NCBI GenBank assembly: GCA_963798915.1
Contig: CAWCVB010000002.1
Coordinates: 96,001 to 160,000, forward strand
DNA length: 64,000 bases
From: an uncultured Gemmatimonadales bacterium
GTDB taxonomy: Bacteria > Gemmatimonadota > Gemmatimonadetes > Gemmatimonadales > GWC2-71-9
Reading direction: 5' to 3'
Below the pieces are notes generated by a model that was not told the DNA's origin, ran no database searches, and saw only the letters and a list, made by a program, of their open reading frames with translations. Positions 58,368 through 64,000 of this stretch are shown here, in pieces; position 1 is the stretch's first letter, and the number at the start of each line of letters is the position of its first letter. Both the position numbers and the translations under genes were made by a program.

Positions 58368-61343
58368 ATGTCGATCGCGGCCCGTACCTGCCCGTCGTGC
58401 CATACGTCCTTGCCCGACGAGGCGCAGTTCTGCATGCAGTGTGGCAAGGCCACGCCCACCGAGCCGGGCGTGCCACAACGCACCATGCCCACCGGCGAGT
58501 TCGAAGTTGCCAAGGTGCGCCGGGTGCTGGCCGACCGGTATCGGGTCGATCGGGTGATCGGCGAGGGCGGGATGGCCACGGTGTACCTCGCCGAGGACCT
58601 CAAGCACAAGCGCCAGGTGGCGGTGAAGGTGATGCGACCGGAGCTGGCGGCGACGCTGGGCTCCGAGCGCTTCCTGCGCGAGGTGGAGATCGCGGCCCAG
58701 CTCAATCATCCGAATATCCTGCCGATGTTTGATTCCGGCACGGTGGTCGACAGTCAACAGTCGACCGTCGACAGTCGGCCGTCGACTATCCTCTATTACG
58801 TGATGCCCTTTGTCGAGGGCGAGTCGCTCGCGAGCCGCCTCAGCCGGGAAGGCGAGCTGCCGGTGCCGGTGGCGCTGCAGCTGGCGCGGGAAGTGGCCGA
58901 GGCGCTGGGCTACGCCCATAAGCGCGGCATCATCCACCGCGACATCAAGCCAGCCAACATTCTGCTGCATGAAGGTCATGCACTCGTGGCGGATTTCGGC
59001 ATTGCGCGCGCGCTCGACGCCGAAGGCGAGGCGATCACCCGGACCGGACTTGCCATCGGTACCCCGCAGTACATGAGCCCGGAGCAGTCCACCGGCGACA
59101 AGACCGTGGATGCGCGGACTGACATCTACGCGCTGGGTGCGGTGCTCTACGAGATGCTGACCGGCGAGCCACCCTTCACCGGGCGAAGCCCGCAGGCCGT
59201 GGTGGCTCGCAGCCTGACCGAGCGCCCGAGACCGATTGCCGCCACCCGGGAAGGACTCCAGCCCGGCATCGAGGAAGTCGTTGCCAGGTCACTGGCCCGG
59301 AGTGCGGCCGATCGTTTTCCGACGGCATCGGCATTTGCCGACTCGCTCTCCTCACTGGTGACGGGAGCCCGCGTCCTGCCAGCGGGATCTGTCGAGCCGG
59401 CTTCGTCGCCCAGGTTGTGGATCACCCTTGGCGTGGCGGCTATGCTTGCACTCGGTGCCGTCACGTTCATGGCCGGTCGCTGGGGCCTCCCAAGCTGGGC
59501 GCTGGGCGCAGCCATCGCCCTGGGCGCAGCGGGTGGCGCCATGCTGATCCTGACGGCGGCCGCCGAGAAGCGCCGCCGGGCCGGCACGCCGCCCAGGGGA
59601 CCTGGTGCCTACCTCACTTGGCGCAACGCAGGCATCGGCGGCATCGCTGCCGTCATCGCCTGGGCGCTGATGGCGGGCATCGCCTCTGCCGGCCGCGTGA
59701 AGCCGCTTGCAACGGGCCCGTCCATGACGCATGTGGCCGTCCTGCCCTTCCAGAACCAGGGCGACTCGGCCAACAACTACATCGTGGACGGCATCACCGA
59801 CGAAGTGCGCGGCAAGCTGTCGCAGGTGAACGGGCTCACGGTCATTGCCAATGCCAGTTCGTCGCAGTACCGCGGTTCGCGCGTGCCGCCGGCGCAGATC
59901 GCCGGTGAACTCGGTGCGCAGTACCTGCTGATGGGCCGGGTGCGCTGGGCCGGGGGCGCGGCGTCCGCCTCGAGCCGGCTGCAACTGGTGGCCGAACTGG
60001 TCAATGGGACCACCGGTGCGACCGACTGGCAGCAGACCTTCGATGCCGACCTGACCGACGTCTTCGCCGTGCAGGGACAGGTGGCTACCCGGGTGGCGGG
60101 CGCGCTGGGCGCCCAGCTTGGCGCGCGCGAGACGGCCGACCTCGGCAAGCGTCCAACCGAGAACCCTGCAGCGTGGGATGCGTACCTCAAGGGCCGGTCA
60201 TTCACCGGTGGAGATCCCGTCACGCTTCGACAGGCGCTGGACAACTTCGAGCAGTCGGTGGCCCTGGACTCCGGGTTTGTCGACGCCTGGGCGGGCCTCG
60301 CGACCGCCGCGACCCGGCTCTATTCGAATGGCGCCCGGGACCCCGCCGTGGCACGGCGAGCCAGAGAGTCTGTCGACCACGCGCTCCGTCTTGGGCCCGA
60401 GAATGCCGCCGCGGCGGCGGCGGCGGCACTGTACTACAACGGTATTGGGCGCGATCCCGCGAAGAGCGCGGCCTCCATCGAACGCGCCATGCAGCTGGCG
60501 CCGAACGATCCCGAAATCCTGCGGGCCGCAGCTCGGACTGATGTCAACGATGGCAACTATGAGAGGGCGACCGGACGTCTCGAGCGGGCACGGGAGCTCG
60601 ATCCCCGGAATGCGGCCGTACTCAATGCGCTTAGCACCGACTATCTCTTTATCGGACGCCTGCAGGAAGCGGAAGAGGTCGGCAACGCCGTGATTGCGCT
60701 CGAACCGGAGAACCTCGGCCATTACCAGCTCCTGGTCAAGATCAAGCTCGCGCAGGGTGACCTCGACGGCGCACGGGCCGCTGCCACGCGTGCCACGGCC
60801 CGTGTCTCACCACCCGTGGTCGCGGCCTACCTTGCCGGCTTTGAAGAACTCACATTTGTACTCGATCCTTCCACGCAGGTGCTGGTCGGCCGGCTCACAC
60901 CGTCGGCATTCGACGGAGATCGCGCCTGGTGGGGCCAGTCACTGGCCACCTACTATTGGGATGAAGGTCAGCGCGAGTTGGCGAAGGCCTATGCTGACTC
61001 CTCCCTCGAGACGGGACTGGCACAGGTACAGCAGGCGCCGAATGACCCATCGCTGCTAGTCCTGTATGGCGTGGCACTCGCACATGCGGGAAAGGCTGAC
61101 TCCGCCGTGGCTACGGGCCGCCGAGCCATTGCCATGTATCGCTCCGATGCCTCCGCCTCCCTGGCCTATGACCGGCTGCAGCTGGTCCGCATTTATCTCG
61201 CAGCCGGGCGGCTGAACGAGGCTCTCGACGCCCTGGAAGAGCTCCGGAAGCAGCCGACTCCGGTCACGCCGGGCTGGATGAAGCTCGATCCGATGTTCGC
61301 GCCGCTGAAGGGGAATGCGAGATTCGGGAAGATGGTGAACTGA
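58368..61343 (+). CDS. Ser/Thr protein kinase with N-terminal zinc ribbon, TM helices, TolB-like domain and TPRs
   Basis: CPSC/CMQC, GEGGMATV, HRDIKPAN, DFG, GTPQYMSPE and VAVLPFQN motifs. Confidence 0.92.
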   Translation: MSIAARTCPSCHTSLPDEAQFCMQCGKATPTEPGVPQRTMPTGEFEVAKVRRVLADRYRVDRVIGEGGMATVYLAEDLKHKRQVAVKVMRPELAATLGSERFLREVEIAAQLNHPNILPMFDSGTVVDSQQSTVDSRPSTILYYVMPFVEGESLASRLSREGELPVPVALQLAREVAEALGYAHKRGIIHRDIKPANILLHEGHALVADFGIARALDAEGEAITRTGLAIGTPQYMSPEQSTGDKTVDARTDIYALGAVLYEMLTGEPPFTGRSPQAVVARSLTERPRPIAATREGLQPGIEEVVARSLARSAADRFPTASAFADSLSSLVTGARVLPAGSVEPASSPRLWITLGVAAMLALGAVTFMAGRWGLPSWALGAAIALGAAGGAMLILTAAAEKRRRAGTPPRGPGAYLTWRNAGIGGIAAVIAWALMAGIASAGRVKPLATGPSMTHVAVLPFQNQGDSANNYIVDGITDEVRGKLSQVNGLTVIANASSSQYRGSRVPPAQIAGELGAQYLLMGRVRWAGGAASASSRLQLVAELVNGTTGATDWQQTFDADLTDVFAVQGQVATRVAGALGAQLGARETADLGKRPTENPAAWDAYLKGRSFTGGDPVTLRQALDNFEQSVALDSGFVDAWAGLATAATRLYSNGARDPAVARRARESVDHALRLGPENAAAAAAAALYYNGIGRDPAKSAASIERAMQLAPNDPEILRAAARTDVNDGNYERATGRLERARELDPRNAAVLNALSTDYLFIGRLQEAEEVGNAVIALEPENLGHYQLLVKIKLAQGDLDGARAAATRATARVSPPVVAAYLAGFEELTFVLDPSTQVLVGRLTPSAFDGDRAWWGQSLATYYWDEGQRELAKAYADSSLETGLAQVQQAPNDPSLLVLYGVALAHAGKADSAVATGRRAIAMYRSDASASLAYDRLQLVRIYLAAGRLNEALDALEELRKQPTPVTPGWMKLDPMFAPLKGNARFGKMVN

Positions 61344-61370
61344 GACGGACGGGGCGGACAGGAAGGACTG

Positions 61371-61466
61371 GCGGACAGGTCGGACGTGAGGCTGGCGCGG
61401 GACCTGATCGGTTCGCTCAAGAAATCATTTGGCGAGCAGGAATTCCGCGACGATTACCGCTCGGCG
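61371..61466 (+). pseudogene. Orphan fragment resembling the Ku C-terminal region
   Basis: Translates to ADRSDVRLARDLIGSLKKSFGEQEFRDDYRSA, which aligns by eye with AKTDMTLATQLVETLTRPFDAAEYEDEYRKA of the downstream Ku. Confidence 0.55.
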
Positions 61467-61520
61467 GCAGGACGTGAGGCAAGGGCAGACAGGCTACGGT
61501 CGTCGGACGTCAGGCGACCC

Positions 61521-61640
61521 GATTGCTTCGGCTGCTTCGCACCCTCGCAATGACGCGTGCCTCGCGTCGACCGTTGTCTGTCGACCGTTGACTGTCGACC
61601 GTTGACTGTTGACCGTCGACCCCTGCCCGCCCTGCCCGCC
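61521..61640. repeat. Palindromic half-element (GATTGCTTCG...CTCGCAATGACG) followed by heptamer and nonamer tracts
   Basis: Directly visible. Confidence 0.6.
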
Positions 61641-61730
61641 TGGCCCCTCCTGCCTCTCGTGACGCGCCGCACGGTTACCCTGTTCCATTGCCCCTATCTT
61701 TCCCGTAACCCCTTGGGAAGAAAGGGGGAT

Positions 61731-62570
61731 ATGATGGCAAGCCGTGCCACGTGGTCAGGCGCGATCTCGTTCGGCCTGGTCACGATTCCGGTGAAGCTCT
61801 TCGGAGCCACCCGGTCCGAGGATGTGTCGTTTCGCCTGATTCACGCCGACTGCGGTACGCCCGTGGAGCGCCGCTGGTGGTGTCCATATGATGAAGAAGA
61901 GGTCGAGTACAGCTCGCTGATACGCGGCTACCAGTACATGAAGGGAAAGTTCGTGCTCTTCACTGATGAGGAGCTCGAGAACCTTCCTGTTCGCAGCAAG
62001 CACACAATCGACATCTCGGCATTCGTGCCCGAGGCCGATGTCGATCCGCTGTATTTCGAACGCACCTACTATCTCGCTCCCGACACCAGGGGCGACAAGC
62101 CGTACGCCCTCCTCATGCGCGTGCTGGAGCAGGAGAAGCTGCTCGGCATCGCCACGATTACCATTCGAAAGAAGCAACAGCTCTGCGCCGTACGACCGCA
62201 TGCGGGTGCGCTGCTCCTGGAAACCTTGTTCTATCCGGATGAAGTGGACCTCGAGCATGGCGTGGACCTGTCCGACACCTCGGTGGCCAAGACCGACATG
62301 ACTCTCGCCACCCAGCTGGTCGAGACCCTCACGCGGCCCTTTGACGCCGCGGAATATGAAGACGAATACCGGAAGGCGGTGCTCCAGATGGTGGACGCCA
62401 AGCTGGAGGGCAAGGAAATCGAGACCCCGCCGGAACAGGAGGCAACGGTGATCGACCTGCGCGAAGCGCTCTCCCGCAGCCTGGCGGAGCGCAGGAAGCG
62501 GGGCGGGAAAAACCGGAATGCTCCAGCGCGGTCACGCCGCCGGAAGACGCGCACCAGCAAGGCAAGCTAG
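61731..62570 (+). CDS. ku: Non-homologous end joining protein Ku
   Basis: WSGAISFGLVTIPVKL, YFERTYYLAP and VIDLREALSRSL motifs; basic tail. Confidence 0.95.
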   Translation: MMASRATWSGAISFGLVTIPVKLFGATRSEDVSFRLIHADCGTPVERRWWCPYDEEEVEYSSLIRGYQYMKGKFVLFTDEELENLPVRSKHTIDISAFVPEADVDPLYFERTYYLAPDTRGDKPYALLMRVLEQEKLLGIATITIRKKQQLCAVRPHAGALLLETLFYPDEVDLEHGVDLSDTSVAKTDMTLATQLVETLTRPFDAAEYEDEYRKAVLQMVDAKLEGKEIETPPEQEATVIDLREALSRSLAERRKRGGKNRNAPARSRRRKTRTSKAS

Positions 62571-62573
62571 GCC

Positions 62574-63653
62574 ATGGCCAGGTCGGTTCAGGCGGAGGCA
62601 GTGCTGGCGGCGCTCGAGCAGGCCGATACCGACGCGACCCTGCGCGTCGGCAAGCACCGGGTGGACGTCACCAGTCTGGACAAGAAACTCTGGCCCCGCG
62701 CCCGGCCGGGCGTGACCAAGCGGGGTTACCTGCGGTACCTCGCCCGGGTGTCGGACGCACTGCTCCGGCACGTCAAGGACCGGCCGGTCTTCGTGGTGCG
62801 CGCCCCTGACGGCATCGATGGAACCCAGTTCTTCCAGAAACACTTCCCGGATGCCGCCGGCTTTGTGCGCACGCTTTCCATCTGGACCGAGGATGAGGGC
62901 AAGCCCACCCGCTATCTGGTGCCCTCCAATCTGGCCACGCTGCTCTGGCTGGGGCAGCGCGCCGCCGTGGAAGTCCACGTCTGGTACTCGAGCGTGGCGC
63001 GCGGTACCGACGGGCGCTCGCTGGGCACCAGGTATGCCTCGTCGGCGGCGCGGCTCGAGGCATCGCGGCTCAACTTTCCCGATTTTCTGGTGATTGACCT
63101 CGATTCCTACGTCTATTCGGGCAAGGAAAAGTCCGGCGCCGAGCCGGAGCTGCACCGCAAGGGATTTAACGCGGTGCGAGACGTGGCGCTGGAAGTGCGG
63201 GACGTGATTCTTCCACTCGGGCTCGAGCCCTTCGTCAAGACCTCTGGCAAGACCGGCTTGCACCTCTACATCCCGATTGTGCGCGACTTCACGTTTGACG
63301 AAGTCCGCGCCATGGCGGCGACTCTTGGCGAGTTCGTGGTGCGGCGGCTTCCCAGGAAGGTGACGCTGGCCTGGAGTGTCGAGGACCGCACCGGCAAGGT
63401 CTTCTTCGACTTCAACCAGAATGTGCGGGGCAAGTCACTGGCCGCTGCCTACTCGGTGCGGCGGCAGCCGGCCGCCACGGTCTCGACCCCGGTGACGTGG
63501 GAGGAACTGCCGGACATCTATCCCACCGACTTCACCGTGCACACCGTGCCAGATCGGCTGGCCACCATCGGCGATCCCTGGGAGCGAATCCTCGGCGCCA
63601 AGCATGACCTGGCAGGCGCGCTCGGCGTGAGTGCCGACGCGCCGTCGCGCTGA
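62574..63653 (+). CDS. ligD: LigD primase-polymerase domain protein
   Basis: RAPDGIDG..FFQKH, IDLD, KTSGKTGLH, AAYSVR and VSTPVTWEEL motifs. Confidence 0.9.
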   Translation: MARSVQAEAVLAALEQADTDATLRVGKHRVDVTSLDKKLWPRARPGVTKRGYLRYLARVSDALLRHVKDRPVFVVRAPDGIDGTQFFQKHFPDAAGFVRTLSIWTEDEGKPTRYLVPSNLATLLWLGQRAAVEVHVWYSSVARGTDGRSLGTRYASSAARLEASRLNFPDFLVIDLDSYVYSGKEKSGAEPELHRKGFNAVRDVALEVRDVILPLGLEPFVKTSGKTGLHLYIPIVRDFTFDEVRAMAATLGEFVVRRLPRKVTLAWSVEDRTGKVFFDFNQNVRGKSLAAAYSVRRQPAATVSTPVTWEELPDIYPTDFTVHTVPDRLATIGDPWERILGAKHDLAGALGVSADAPSR

Positions 63654-63656
63654 CCG

Positions 63657-64000
63657 ATGCCCGCCATTCAACCAATGCTGGCGACCCTGATCAAGCCGCG
63701 TGCCCTGCCGCGCGACTGGATCTATGAGCCGAAGCTCGATGGGGTGCGGGCCCTGGTGAAGCGGAACGGCACGCGCATCCAGCTTCTCTCCCGCTCGGGC
63801 AGGCGGATGGATGGCAGCTATCCTGACGTGGTGGAGGCCCTCGGCACGGTACTCCGGTCCGATGCGCTGCTCGATGGCGAGCTGGTGGCGATTGATCCCG
63901 AAACGGGGCTCTCCGGTTTCAACCGGCTGCAGTCCCGCATCCATGTGCTCCGGCCGAATGCGGCACTGATCCGGGCGGTTCCGGTTCAGCTCTGGCTCTT
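63657..64000 (+). CDS. ATP-dependent DNA ligase (LigD ligase domain), truncated by the window end
   Basis: PMLATL, adenylation motif YEPKLDGVR, SRSG and LDGELV. Not in the ORF track because the window has no stop for it. Confidence 0.88.
   Translation, partial: MPAIQPMLATLIKPRALPRDWIYEPKLDGVRALVKRNGTRIQLLSRSGRRMDGSYPDVVEALGTVLRSDALLDGELVAIDPETGLSGFNRLQSRIHVLRPNAALIRAVPVQLWL

Overview
High-GC bacterial chromosomal window containing the replication origin region (dnaN-oriC-dnaA / rpmH-rnpA-yidD-yidC-mnmE). Gene content and style (large TPR-bearing Ser/Thr kinases, a receiver-like AraC regulator, many secreted hypotheticals) suggest Gemmatimonadota; this assignment is an inference. Housekeeping content includes rnpB, ddl, cystathionine beta-synthase, AlaX, mutS, holA, four M16 peptidases, upp and tRNA-Phe. 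After tRNA-Phe (about 39.1 kb) the region is more accessory: ECF41 sigma/DoxX, a GH3 glucosidase, a two-component module, a DUF2075 helicase, a PLP decarboxylase, a second kinase and NHEJ genes (ku, split ligD). The best candidate for an undescribed system is a translationally coupled four-gene module at 47082-49511: a small cytoplasmic protein ending in PCPPFC, a polytopic membrane protein, a sensor-less HisKA_3 kinase and a NarL-type regulator, preceded by a serine-less ACP-like gene. The window also has a rich repeat landscape: a REP-associated tyrosine transposase with REPs and a 26-bp half-REP array, 119-bp tRNA-linked repeats, larger palindromic elements, and 7-9 bp tandem repeats that enter coding sequences and coincide with two frameshifts. 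All calls come from motif reading; no database searches were run.
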